Shown here: positions 1 to 9,261 of the stretch, piece after piece
How the letters are laid out: each line of letters opens with the position of its first letter
Numbering within the stretch: position 1 is the first letter of the stretch
Source of the DNA: Bacteroidia bacterium
Lineage (GTDB): Bacteria > Bacteroidota > Bacteroidia > NS11-12g > UBA9320
NCBI GenBank assembly: GCA_965216465.1
Contig: CBDCFW010000002.1
Location: 32,001-96,000, forward strand
Length of the DNA: 64,000 nucleotides
Direction of reading: 5' to 3'
Notes under the pieces: generated by a model
Seen by the model: the letters and a program-made list of their open reading frames with translations, nothing else
Databases searched by the model: none
What the model was told of the DNA's origin: nothing
Translations under genes and position numbers: made by a program

Positions 1-750
1 AAACGTATCACCTCTTAACCCTAGCCTCAATGTTTCAAGCGGAATCAATTCGTTAGGAGCAATATTTCCTAAGTTAACATTGTGACCATATAGCTTCATA
101 AACCATACTTGTTGAACTTTCTTAGGAGCCTCCCATAAAATTGTTTCTTGAGGGATTTTTGTTAAAATCTCTTCTACAAGACCTGAACGCACTTCACCTG
201 AATTTCTGAAAATTCCAACGGTTCCTGATTCTCGAGCTTCGGCAATCACCTTCCAAACACCAGCGTCAATTTCAGCTTGCATCATCGCAATCCATTTGTA
301 TGGCGGAATAATTTTTTCGGCATCTTTTGATCCTACCTCACTCAATACCGTAAAGTTTTTAGCAAGGGCACGGATGTAACCACATTTCTCTTCTTCCGAT
401 ATTTCGATAGATCCATCTGAAACTTCACAGTGTGTAATGTTGAATTTGTCTAGTAAACGTTGGTAGTCGTCAAATTGACCCCGAATTACATAAGCTTCGA
501 ATAGCGTACCTCCAAAGTAAACAGGTATGTTTTCGTCGTGATACATCTTAATTTTTTCAGCTAAGCGAGGCGTTACAGCACTGGTTCCAAAGCCGAGTTT
601 AATAATGTCAGCATACTCAGAAGAGCTATCGAGAAAATTTTCTACTTCATTGATGCTTAAACCTTTATCCATAACCATGGTCAGGCCACTTTCACGTGGC
701 TTGCTGGTACGTTGAGGTAAATTCTTTAAATTGAATTCCGGATTAATCAT
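1..750 (-). CDS. comA: Phosphosulfolactate synthase (ComA family), 3' end runs off the window
   Basis: Not in the ORF track; hand translation from the ATG at 750 gives MINPEFNLKNLPQRTSKPRESGLTMVMDKG...IKLGFGTS...YFGGTLFE...EVSDG...SEVGSKD...IAEARESG...WEAP...NVNLGNI...LETLRLGLRGDTF, the ComA motif series. Start overlaps the TPR gene stop. Confidence 0.9.
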   Translation of the reverse strand, partial: MINPEFNLKNLPQRTSKPRESGLTMVMDKGLSINEVENFLDSSSEYADIIKLGFGTSAVTPRLAEKIKMYHDENIPVYFGGTLFEAYVIRGQFDDYQRLLDKFNITHCEVSDGSIEISEEEKCGYIRALAKNFTVLSEVGSKDAEKIIPPYKWIAMMQAEIDAGVWKVIAEARESGTVGIFRNSGEVRSGLVEEILTKIPQETILWEAPKKVQQVWFMKLYGHNVNLGNIAPNELIPLETLRLGLRGDTF

Positions 751-2152
751 TGGTTTTATGAATGTACAAATCTATGATATTTGTTACATTTTCTATGTTT
801 TCAACGAAAGGAGAATACTCATAAACTAAAAAATATTCATCTGGTTTGGTTTGCAACGCTGCATGAAGGTAATTGTAACCATTTTCATATTGTCCTAAAC
901 AAAAATAATAAGACGCTATTCGGTACAGAATGCGATGGTCTTCAGCGATGGTCTCAAAGTGATTTTGAAGTAGCTTAATCGCTTCTTCTATTTCTTCGAA
1001 TCCGAAGTTTGCATGTGCAAAATCCAAAACAATTTCGGGAGTGTTTGGGTCTATTTCGTAGGCTTGTTGATAGTGAAACAGACATCTTTCTCGTTTCTCT
1101 TGAAGCAAGTAGAGTTCTGCTATCTCTATGTGGTAAATACTTTCAAAACTATCAATGTCGATAGCCTTAAGCAGGTTTTTCTCGGCGTCTCTTAACTTGT
1201 CTTGTTTCTTGTAGATCATCGCAATTCCGAAATAGGCATCAGACAGGTGCTTATCCATCTTAATTGCACGCAGGTAGTAGTACTTAGCTGAGCTATAATT
1301 TTCTAATTGCTCATAGCATTCTGCAATATTGCATAGTACCTCGGCATCGCTTTCATCATTGTCTAAAGAAAGCTTGAACGAATCAATAGCTTCATTGTAC
1401 TCTTTGAGCTCCATTAAACTATTTCCCCGCCCTAAGTGCCCCATAGTGTTGCTGTCGTCAATCGCAATGCAAAACTCAAAGGCATCTATTGCTGCCTTGT
1501 AATCTTCCGATTTTTGAAGTGTTAAACCTTTAAAATACCATGCGGCATAATTGTATGGATCTTCATCAATGACCTTAGTTAAAAATTCTATAGCTTTATC
1601 TAACTGAGAAAAGTCAAAAAAGAGCTTTACAAACTCTTGTAACGAAAACTCATCGTATGTGAAATCATCGGGCAAGGCATTGAGGTAATTCATAGCCTTG
1701 TTTGGCTTATCAATGATGAAATGTATTCTCGCTAATCTGAGCAAGATTTCATCATGATCGTACGCCTGGTTTAAAGCAAAAAGATAGCAGTCAATTGCTT
1801 TTTTGTGCTGCATAATAATTGCATAACTGTCGCCTAGCACTTTTGCAATTTCAGGGTTGTTAGGCTCCACAGAACGGGCCGATTCTAAAATTTTAATGGC
1901 TGATTTAACCTCTTTTCTAGCTATGAGAACTTCAGCACGTTTTATTTGATAAAACAACTCATAAGGATATATCGATACGCCATAATCAATGGCGTTAGAT
2001 GCCTTATTTAGTTGATCAAAATCAAGGTAGAACTCAATGATTTCTTCGAGCTCATCGGTGTCATAAAAAAAGCTTTCCCCACTATTCAACAGCTGTTCAA
2101 ATTTCTTCGCTTTTTCGTTTATTCCGTCGTTAAAAAATTGATGACTGTCCAT
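743..2152 (-). CDS. Tetratricopeptide repeat protein
   Basis: Multiple 34-aa TPR units (AWYFKG...AIDAFE, VLCNIAECY, AYFGIAMIY); no signal peptide; 8-bp overlap with comA. Confidence 0.9.
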   Translation of the reverse strand: MDSHQFFNDGINEKAKKFEQLLNSGESFFYDTDELEEIIEFYLDFDQLNKASNAIDYGVSIYPYELFYQIKRAEVLIARKEVKSAIKILESARSVEPNNPEIAKVLGDSYAIIMQHKKAIDCYLFALNQAYDHDEILLRLARIHFIIDKPNKAMNYLNALPDDFTYDEFSLQEFVKLFFDFSQLDKAIEFLTKVIDEDPYNYAAWYFKGLTLQKSEDYKAAIDAFEFCIAIDDSNTMGHLGRGNSLMELKEYNEAIDSFKLSLDNDESDAEVLCNIAECYEQLENYSSAKYYYLRAIKMDKHLSDAYFGIAMIYKKQDKLRDAEKNLLKAIDIDSFESIYHIEIAELYLLQEKRERCLFHYQQAYEIDPNTPEIVLDFAHANFGFEEIEEAIKLLQNHFETIAEDHRILYRIASYYFCLGQYENGYNYLHAALQTKPDEYFLVYEYSPFVENIENVTNIIDLYIHKTND

Positions 2153-2250
2153 TTAATTTTTGCTTTCCATTCAAAGCTATCAATTTGTTGATTATAAATT
2201 ATTTCAAACTCACCGTGAAACCGTTATTTTGCCCACATATTATCTTCAAA

Positions 2251-5200
2251 ATGAGATTTATAACACTTTTTTTATCCCTGATTTTTCTTGTTAACCTTGG
2301 TTTTTCACAGATTAAGAATCAGGTTGATTGGCAACAGCAAGTAGACTATATGATCGACGTTACATTAGACGATCAGTCACATTTCCTTAACGGTGAGATT
2401 GCAATTAATTATACCAATAACAGTCCAGATGAATTAAAGTTTATCTACTTTCACATTTGGCCGAATGCCTACAAAAACAATCAAACTGCATTTGCTCAAC
2501 AGATGCAGCAGAACGGTGAGTTAGACTTCTATTATAGTTCAGAAGAAGAACGGGGCTATTTAGATAGCCTTAGCTTTTCAAGCAATGGTGAATCGTTGAA
2601 AATAGAGGAAACCGATAATATCGATGTTTTAAAGGTTGTGCTTAATTCTCCTTTAAAACCAGGTGAAAAGACTACCTTGTTTACGCCGTTCAGGGTTAAA
2701 ATACCGAAAGTGTTTTCGCGATTGGGACATGAAGATCAAGACTACTTTATTACCCAGTGGTATCCAAAACCTGCGGTATATGACGTGAACGGTTGGAACC
2801 CTATGCCATACCTGAATTTGGGAGAGTTTTATTCTGAGTTCGGTTCATTTAAGGTAAGTGTGACACTTCCTGCTAATTATGTAATAGCCGCAACAGGTGA
2901 ATGTGAAACTGCTGGTGAGCTAGAAGGAGACTTTAGAGAAGGAACACGAGATTCTGTACCACTAAGCTCTGACGAAATGAAAACCGTGATCTTTTCGGCT
3001 GACAAAGTGCATGACTTTGCGTGGTTTGCTTCAAAGCGGTTTGGCTATGTTTCAAAAGAGGTGAAAGTTGGAGATAAAAAAATAATTGCGAGAATCGTGT
3101 CTCCCAAAAAAGCAGAGAAGTACCTGTCGGCAGTTGAAACGGCTATTACCTACTATTCTGAGCACGTTGGTCCTTACCCTTATTCTCATGCAACCGTAGT
3201 GCATGGAGAACTTAAAGCCGGTGGAGGAATGGAGTATCCAATGATTACGCTATGTGACTTTCTTAACGATGAGGTTATTGTGCATGAAGTGGGACATAAC
3301 TGGTTCTATGGAATTTTAGCATCAAACGAAAGAGTTTATCCTTGGATGGACGAATCAATAAATAGCTTTTATGATCATGCTGCGTTAGGTGCAGAAAGTA
3401 AGTTGCTTAGTAATGATGGAATAATGCGTTTAATCGTAAAAGACAATTTGCTACGCAATGAGCACCAAGCTGTAGGGCTTCATTCTGAGAAATATACTTC
3501 GATGAATTATGGAGCAAGTGTATATGGTGAAGGTGCAGCTATCTTTAAGCATTTGGAGGCATACCTCGGAGAAGAACGCTATAAAAAATGCATGCAGAAC
3601 TATTACGAAGAGTGGAAATTCAGACATCCACTTCCAGACGACATGAAGGCTTCGTTTGAAAAAACAAGTTCTCGTGATTTGTCTTGGTTCTTTGATGTGC
3701 TAATTAATACTGATCAAAAGTTAGATTATGCCATCAAGCTTAAAAAAGACTCCATTTTCTTGGAGAATAAAGGTGGGGTAGAAGTGCCTATGCCAGTAAC
3801 GACATTTAAGAATAATCAGCCTACTACACATTGGGTAAGTGTGCCATCTGGGGAAATGCGATTCGTTGCATTAAATGATGATTACGACCGAATAGTATTG
3901 GATAAAGACCAAGTAACGTCTGATTTGTTTGTAAATAACAACCAGGAGCCTAAAGGAATTGAGCTGAAACTCGGAACAGGTCAAGATAAGAAAGGAATTA
4001 AAGAGTTGTATGTGTATCCACAATATGCCTGGAATGCATATGATAAGTCAATGTTAGGATTCTCCTTTCATAATCAGTCAATAACGAATAAGCCCTTGGC
4101 TTGGCATATATCGCCACTCTATTCATTCAACAAAAAGTCTGTAAACGGAACAGCTGAGCTAAAGTATACAATGTCTTTAGATAGCACAGCCGAGTATATA
4201 GAGTTTGGTGCCATGGCAAGGTCGTTTAATTTCATTGAAAGACATTTAGTCGATCAAGATTACAAGTACTTAAAAGTAGCACCATACATATCTTATCACT
4301 TTCCGAAATCATCACAACGAAGTCCTTTAAGCAAAGAGCTGAGGTTGCAGTACGATCAAATTTGGTTGCAACCTTCTTTCGAGTTAAACGACGATACCTT
4401 AACAGGACCCCAAACATTTAGAAGTAAGGCTAGAAACTTTGCAACGCTAACCTATAAATTAAAAAATGAACGAGCCATCAATCCATATTCTTTGGAGCTT
4501 ATGGCTGAATATGGTGGAATAACAAACCGCGTCGTGCTAGGCGATCTCAACGATAGACGCATTCGAAATATCTATTTAGATACAACCACCAATGAGGCTG
4601 ATACGGTTTATTATTTCCCGAATATTGGCGAAGAAGATGACTTCGACGACTTCATTAAGCTAAGTGCAATTTGGAAGTACAACGTCGATATAGGTATTAA
4701 AGAAAAACCGCTAGAGTTGAGAATATTTGGTAGCTACTTGATTAAGAGCATTCAAAATACGACCTACAAAAACTCGGTAGGAAGTACAGATCGAGCAGGA
4801 TACTACGACTACCGTTTCGATGACTATTTAATGCACCGTAATGCTGATTATGGGCTGTTCCAAAATCAAATTTCAAATAGAAGAGACTTTTCGAAGTTTG
4901 TTGGTCCGATCGCTAGTGCAGACAAATGGTTAATCTCAGCAAACGTTACCGTTCCATTGCCTGGTAAAATTCCATTGAAACCTTATTTCGAGATTTTGAC
5001 ATTTAATGACATTAGGGATCCTACAGTGGTTTCGTATAATCCCAATGGAGTAGGTTTCTTTTACAATGTTGGACTCGAGTTTGAGGTGAAAAAAGATCGT
5101 TTTGAAATCTTTATTAATCTTGCTCAAAGTGAAGAGATAACTAACTTCCAAGAGTCTAGTTATATTCAAATTGATAAATTCTGGGAGCGTATAACATTTG

Positions 5201-5259
5201 TGTTTGACCTTAATGGAATGTCAATCCCTAACTTCAAAAAGAGAAATTTGAAATTCTAA
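2251..5259 (+). CDS. M1 family (gluzincin) metallo-aminopeptidase, secreted, with C-terminal beta-rich domain
   Basis: GGMEYP and HEVGHNW...E zinc motifs; signal peptide from the ATG at 2251 (MRFITLFLSLIFLVNLGFSQ); ends in Phe. Confidence 0.9.
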   Translation: MRFITLFLSLIFLVNLGFSQIKNQVDWQQQVDYMIDVTLDDQSHFLNGEIAINYTNNSPDELKFIYFHIWPNAYKNNQTAFAQQMQQNGELDFYYSSEEERGYLDSLSFSSNGESLKIEETDNIDVLKVVLNSPLKPGEKTTLFTPFRVKIPKVFSRLGHEDQDYFITQWYPKPAVYDVNGWNPMPYLNLGEFYSEFGSFKVSVTLPANYVIAATGECETAGELEGDFREGTRDSVPLSSDEMKTVIFSADKVHDFAWFASKRFGYVSKEVKVGDKKIIARIVSPKKAEKYLSAVETAITYYSEHVGPYPYSHATVVHGELKAGGGMEYPMITLCDFLNDEVIVHEVGHNWFYGILASNERVYPWMDESINSFYDHAALGAESKLLSNDGIMRLIVKDNLLRNEHQAVGLHSEKYTSMNYGASVYGEGAAIFKHLEAYLGEERYKKCMQNYYEEWKFRHPLPDDMKASFEKTSSRDLSWFFDVLINTDQKLDYAIKLKKDSIFLENKGGVEVPMPVTTFKNNQPTTHWVSVPSGEMRFVALNDDYDRIVLDKDQVTSDLFVNNNQEPKGIELKLGTGQDKKGIKELYVYPQYAWNAYDKSMLGFSFHNQSITNKPLAWHISPLYSFNKKSVNGTAELKYTMSLDSTAEYIEFGAMARSFNFIERHLVDQDYKYLKVAPYISYHFPKSSQRSPLSKELRLQYDQIWLQPSFELNDDTLTGPQTFRSKARNFATLTYKLKNERAINPYSLELMAEYGGITNRVVLGDLNDRRIRNIYLDTTTNEADTVYYFPNIGEEDDFDDFIKLSAIWKYNVDIGIKEKPLELRIFGSYLIKSIQNTTYKNSVGSTDRAGYYDYRFDDYLMHRNADYGLFQNQISNRRDFSKFVGPIASADKWLISANVTVPLPGKIPLKPYFEILTFNDIRDPTVVSYNPNGVGFFYNVGLEFEVKKDRFEIFINLAQSEEITNFQESSYIQIDKFWERITFVFDLNGMSIPNFKKRNLKF

Positions 5260-5942
5260 ATAAGCTCGCCTTCGTCGGCAAATGAGTAATAACCATGTTG
5301 GGTTATGATTAGATGATCAAGCACATTAATGTCGAGGTGCTGTCCCGCTTTTTGAATTTTGTGTGTAAGATGGGTGTCGGCATTGCTCGGATTTCGATTT
5401 CCTGACGGGTGGTTGTGGCAAAGAATTATTGATGTTGCATGATTTTCTAATGCCAGCTTAAATATACGTTTTGGGTCTGCTACTGTACCGGTTATACCTC
5501 CTTCACTTACCTTGCAACATTGAATGATTCTGTTATTCCGCTTGAGGAGAATGATCCAGAATTCTTCGTATACTTTGTTCTTTACCAAAGGCGACAGAGT
5601 ATCATAAGCATCTTGGCTGGTACGAATTACACGTTGATTAACCCCTGATGTGTTTTTGCGCCCTCCAAGTTCAAGTGCTGCAATTACGGTTACGGCTTTT
5701 ACCTTTCCCATACCCGTTATTTTGCACAGGTCGGCAACAGATTTCTGAGCCAATTGGTGAAGATCATTATTGCATTCATTTAAGATTTCACGTGCTAAGG
5801 AAACTGCTGATTTGTTCTGGCTTCCGGTTCGTAAAAGTATTGCTAGGAGTTCTGCATTGCTCATCGCTTGCTGACCAATTGCCACTAATCTATCGCGCGG
5901 TTGGTCGTCTTTTGCCCAGTATTTTATTTGGTCTTGCTTCAA
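5256..5942 (-). CDS. radC: RadC/JAB (UPF0758) family protein
   Basis: N-terminal PRDRL...ELLAILLRTG, HhH (ITGMGKVKA), JAB motif HNHPSG..PS.AD and LDHLII; TTG start. Confidence 0.92.
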   Translation of the reverse strand: MKQDQIKYWAKDDQPRDRLVAIGQQAMSNAELLAILLRTGSQNKSAVSLAREILNECNNDLHQLAQKSVADLCKITGMGKVKAVTVIAALELGGRKNTSGVNQRVIRTSQDAYDTLSPLVKNKVYEEFWIILLKRNNRIIQCCKVSEGGITGTVADPKRIFKLALENHATSIILCHNHPSGNRNPSNADTHLTHKIQKAGQHLDINVLDHLIITQHGYYSFADEGELI

Positions 5943-5954
5943 AGTAGTCTAACG

Positions 5955-5987
5955 AAAAAAGCCCAGACCTTAAGGGGTCTGGGCTTT
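5955..5987 (-). terminator. Rho-independent terminator of rpsT
   Basis: gcccagacc/ggtctgggc 9-bp stem with an A6 tract on the left (U tract on the minus strand). Confidence 0.85.
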
Positions 5988-6008
5988 AAATTTATATTTT
6001 GCTTAGGC

Positions 6009-6263
6009 TTAGCCTAAAGAATTTACGTGTTTAGCAAGCTTGCTTTTTACGTTAGCAGCTTTGTTTTTGTGGATGATGTTGTTCTTAACAAGTTTATCCA
6101 ACTTAGAGAATGTTTCTTTCATTACCTTCTCTGCTTCGCTTTTGTCTTCTGAAAGTCTAACTTTCTTGATCCAAGTTCTAGCAGTCTTGTGCTGGTACCT
6201 ATTACGAGCTGTTTTGGCCTCGTTACTTCTAATTCTCTTTAGTGTACTTTTATGATTTGCCAT
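6009..6263 (-). CDS. rpsT: 30S ribosomal protein S20
   Basis: MANHKSTLKRIRSNE...IIHKNKAANVKSKL signature. Confidence 0.98.
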   Translation of the reverse strand: MANHKSTLKRIRSNEAKTARNRYQHKTARTWIKKVRLSEDKSEAEKVMKETFSKLDKLVKNNIIHKNKAANVKSKLAKHVNSLG

Positions 6264-6285
6264 TTCTTTCTTTCAAAAAGGGTTG

Positions 6286-6293
6286 CAAAGGTA
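6286..6293 (-). promoter_or_regulatory. Bacteroidota sigma-A -7 box (TACCTTTG) for rpsT
   Basis: Exact TAnnTTTG match 22 nt upstream of the ATG. Confidence 0.7.
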
Positions 6294-6313
6294 TTAATTA
6301 TTTTGAATTAATC

Positions 6314-6907
6314 TTACAATAATTCATCTTTTGTGCAATCCCATTCGTATTCCTTGGTTTTGGGTATCACTTTCAGGCTATTGTTGTCCATTACAACCGT
6401 GCTATTTGACGGGATGTCGCCTTTAATATAACACCCCGCACCTATGGTAACATTGCTTCCAATGTTTGTGCCAGCAACAATACTCACATTTGCGCCTACC
6501 CAAACGTTGTCTCCTATAGTGATTCCTTTGGTATGACTCTTTTTGCGGTGGTCGTATTTGTAATGGTTGGTGGTAGTAATAATGGTGTTTTGACCGATGT
6601 TAACGTTGTTCCCTAAGGTTAAGCCTCCAGACGCATTAATGTAGATTCCTGGGTTGTCGCCTGGGTCACAGCAAATTCCCTTTTTAATGTTAGGCCAATC
6701 AACAATTTTTGATCTAAAATCAACCGGCCAAGGAACTGCTCCATTAATTCGTAGAACTTTTTGAAAAAAGAAGTAGCTGCGAATCACTTGGTAGTTTTTC
6801 ATATAGCCTTTACGTGGGCGTTTATACTGTGGATACAGCCATTTTACCCACCATCGGAATAAACTGTCATCTAAACCATTGGCAATATATTTGATTACTT
6901 TTTTCAC
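6314..6907 (-). CDS. Hexapeptide-repeat (LbH) O-acyltransferase
   Basis: LGNNVNIG...NH...ITIGDNVWVGANVSIVAGTNIGSNVTIGAG. Probable GTG start at 6907 overlapping the flippase stop; the ORF-track start at 7054 overlaps the flippase too far. Confidence 0.85.
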   Translation of the reverse strand: MKKVIKYIANGLDDSLFRWWVKWLYPQYKRPRKGYMKNYQVIRSYFFFQKVLRINGAVPWPVDFRSKIVDWPNIKKGICCDPGDNPGIYINASGGLTLGNNVNIGQNTIITTTNHYKYDHRKKSHTKGITIGDNVWVGANVSIVAGTNIGSNVTIGAGCYIKGDIPSNSTVVMDNNSLKVIPKTKEYEWDCTKDELL

Positions 6908-8229
6908 TAAAAACCTTCTTTTATCATCAGGCCTAACCAAGTTAGGATGGCCATCAAAGCAATTGCAAATATGGTCTTTAGAATGGCGTTTCGGCCAAAC
7001 AGAAAGAAGAAATAATTTACAACAGCTAGGCGCAAAGTAACACCAACTATGCAAAAGTGTAAAAGAGCTTGTCTGGTTGTTCCTCCGTTATAATAGGTTA
7101 GATAAAGAGCCAAAGTTGTCGCTACCAAGAATATTAAATTGTACCCTAATTGAACATTTAATTTTCCATAAGTCTCAAAGGCACTTGAAAAAGCACTTGT
7201 TAAAAACATGCTGAAATAGAAGAATATGGTGATTTGAATGTATACCCCAGCTTCGGTCCAATTTGGGCCAAGAATGAAAGGAGCAATGCTGTCACCCCAA
7301 ACAGCAAAAACGGCTACAGGAATAACACCTCCTAAAAACATTAGGTTCAATAAATTGTGAGACAAGTTAGAAGCTTCTTCGCTGTTAGTGTTCAAACGTG
7401 CAATTCGCTCGAAGAATACTTGGCCAAGCGACATGCTGATCATGCTCATTGGCAGATAGGTAAGTTTGAGCGCATTGGCAAAATATCCCGTAGCTTCTTG
7501 CCCATCAAAGCTGCTAATTAGGAAGACAGGCATGCTCGTAGCTAAAATGTTAAGCAACGCTGCAGGCGTGCTAAACATGGGAAACATTCGGTACTTTTTA
7601 GCAATCGCTTTCAGGGCATTTTTATTAAACTTCCAGAGGGTAAAAGGAAGCCTTCTAACCATATGTCCTAAAGCAATAGTTTGTCCTAGAATATGTCCGG
7701 TTATCAAACCGTTAAAAGAAAAAAGTGCTAGCGATGGATGGCTTAGTTTGTAACCAGTACTGGTGAGTGAGGCAGACACCCGATTTGCTGATATGCGTTT
7801 ATATCCTTTCTGTCTATTGTACCATAAAATAAATGTTTCGGTACTGCTGGTTAACCATACAACAAGAGGAATGAAGTAAAGCATATTGGAGTTAGACAAG
7901 TTGAATAACTCACCAATACTTTTTCGGGCGATAATCACTGCGAGCAGGACCAATAAACTGGTGCACAAATTCAAAAACAGGCTGAGTCGGACGGTATTCT
8001 TTGCACTTTCAATATCATTCTCAACCACGGTTGCATGTTCATAACGCAAACCGGCAATAACAATAGCTATTCCCGAAATTTTAAGAAATGTTTCTAACTC
8101 ACCAAATTCTTCAGGACTGTAAATTCTGCCAAGTATGGTCAAAGCACTAAACGCGATAAGTTGTGCGATAAACGTGCCACTGAAAAGTACGCTGGCATTT
8201 TTAAGGAATTCTGTCTTAAATATTTTCAG
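6907..8229 (-). CDS. Wzx-like polysaccharide flippase (MOP superfamily)
   Basis: About 12 hydrophobic segments, IYSPEEFG, LRYEHA, GYFANA motifs. The frame extends upstream of the called TTG with the typical N-terminus FLKNASVLFSGTFIAQLI; start uncertain (CTG at 8229). Confidence 0.85.
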   Translation of the reverse strand: MKIFKTEFLKNASVLFSGTFIAQLIAFSALTILGRIYSPEEFGELETFLKISGIAIVIAGLRYEHATVVENDIESAKNTVRLSLFLNLCTSLLVLLAVIIARKSIGELFNLSNSNMLYFIPLVVWLTSSTETFILWYNRQKGYKRISANRVSASLTSTGYKLSHPSLALFSFNGLITGHILGQTIALGHMVRRLPFTLWKFNKNALKAIAKKYRMFPMFSTPAALLNILATSMPVFLISSFDGQEATGYFANALKLTYLPMSMISMSLGQVFFERIARLNTNSEEASNLSHNLLNLMFLGGVIPVAVFAVWGDSIAPFILGPNWTEAGVYIQITIFFYFSMFLTSAFSSAFETYGKLNVQLGYNLIFLVATTLALYLTYYNGGTTRQALLHFCIVGVTLRLAVVNYFFFLFGRNAILKTIFAIALMAILTWLGLMIKEGF

Positions 8230-8354
8230 AACAACAAATAAAAAGTATTCTAACTATTATAATGATTATAAAGTGACGTGAATTATTTAACAAGCGACAA
8301 CTCTGCACTCATATTTGTAAGGAAGTAGCGTGTTGCTTCGTTAATTAGAGAAAT

Positions 8355-9156
8355 ATGAGAGGTTTATTCTTTGTTTTAGTGGCTTTTGGTTTGATGTTTA
8401 GTTCGTGTAAGGAGGAAGCTGTTGTGAAAGACGACATTCAGCCGGAAGAAAATCAAGTGGAAGTTGATAAGTTTTATCGTCCGTTCGTTCATCATTTCTC
8501 AAGTACAGGATGCGGCGGTTGCGGGAGGTTCGGAATTCCAGTTCTGTCTCAAACCGCTGATGAAATGCAAGATTCGATTTTTGCCATGATAACGCATTTT
8601 AAATACAACGATGTCTTTATCACTCCTTCATCTCAAGCTATCGAACAAGCAATCTTGTCAAGATGGCATTCTCCGCAAATTTGGGTCGAGAACGAGGAGA
8701 TAACATTTGAAATATATCAATTGTCTATTGCTAATGCAGTTAAAGAAACCAAGAAAAGATTGCGTTTCAAGTCTTAATAATCAAGCCGAAGCATTTGTAG
8801 GGATTACTGCAGAGTTTAAAGAAAATCAACGCTACGACATTCACTATGCTGTCGAAAATAACACCAATGAAGAAGCTCAATTCTATGTTGAGATTTATGG
8901 TATGGAGGACAGCTTAATCGGAAGCCAAGCGGGAGCTGATCCTTTTCATTTGCCTCATTATCGTGTAAACCGTGGTGGCTTCTATGGTGAAATGGGCAAA
9001 GAGATAAATCTTGCACCAGGCGAAGCGGTTGAAGATGGATTTGAGTACGTTCCTTGTTGGGGATGCATCCCAGAAGATGTTTATTTCAATATTGTGGTCT
9101 GGAAAAAGTTGCCATCAGGGAAGTACGAATACGTTAATGGAAAAGAATTGAAATAG
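8355..9156 (+). pseudogene. Omp28-like thioredoxin-fold lipoprotein split by a +1 frameshift
   Basis: Lipobox FSSC-KEE and HFSSTGCGGCG (CxxC) in 8355-8777; the reading continues in the +1 frame to 9156. Removing one T at 8765-8767 gives a single ORF of about 266 aa. Confidence 0.7.
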
Positions 9157-9236
9157 TTTCAGTACTTCAATCTAAGAACTTACGAAATTATCTATCCTTG
9201 TTCATCCAGGATATTAGGCAAAGACAAATAGTCAAA

Positions 9237-9244
9237 TAAATTTG
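9237..9244 (+). promoter_or_regulatory. -7 box (TAAATTTG) for glyS
   Basis: Exact TAnnTTTG match 17 nt before the ATG. Confidence 0.65.
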
Positions 9245-9261
9245 CACCAAATTATCTTTCT

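Noticed and set aside
5256-5942. radC as a marker of a mobile element or defence island
   Set aside because: Full-length chromosomal form with HhH next to rpsT; no integrase, transposase or att-like repeats nearby.
8763-8777. prfB-like programmed +1 frameshift at TCT-TAA
   Set aside because: tRNA-Ser re-pairing on CTT is poor and there is no upstream SD-like stimulator; a simple indel is more parsimonious.
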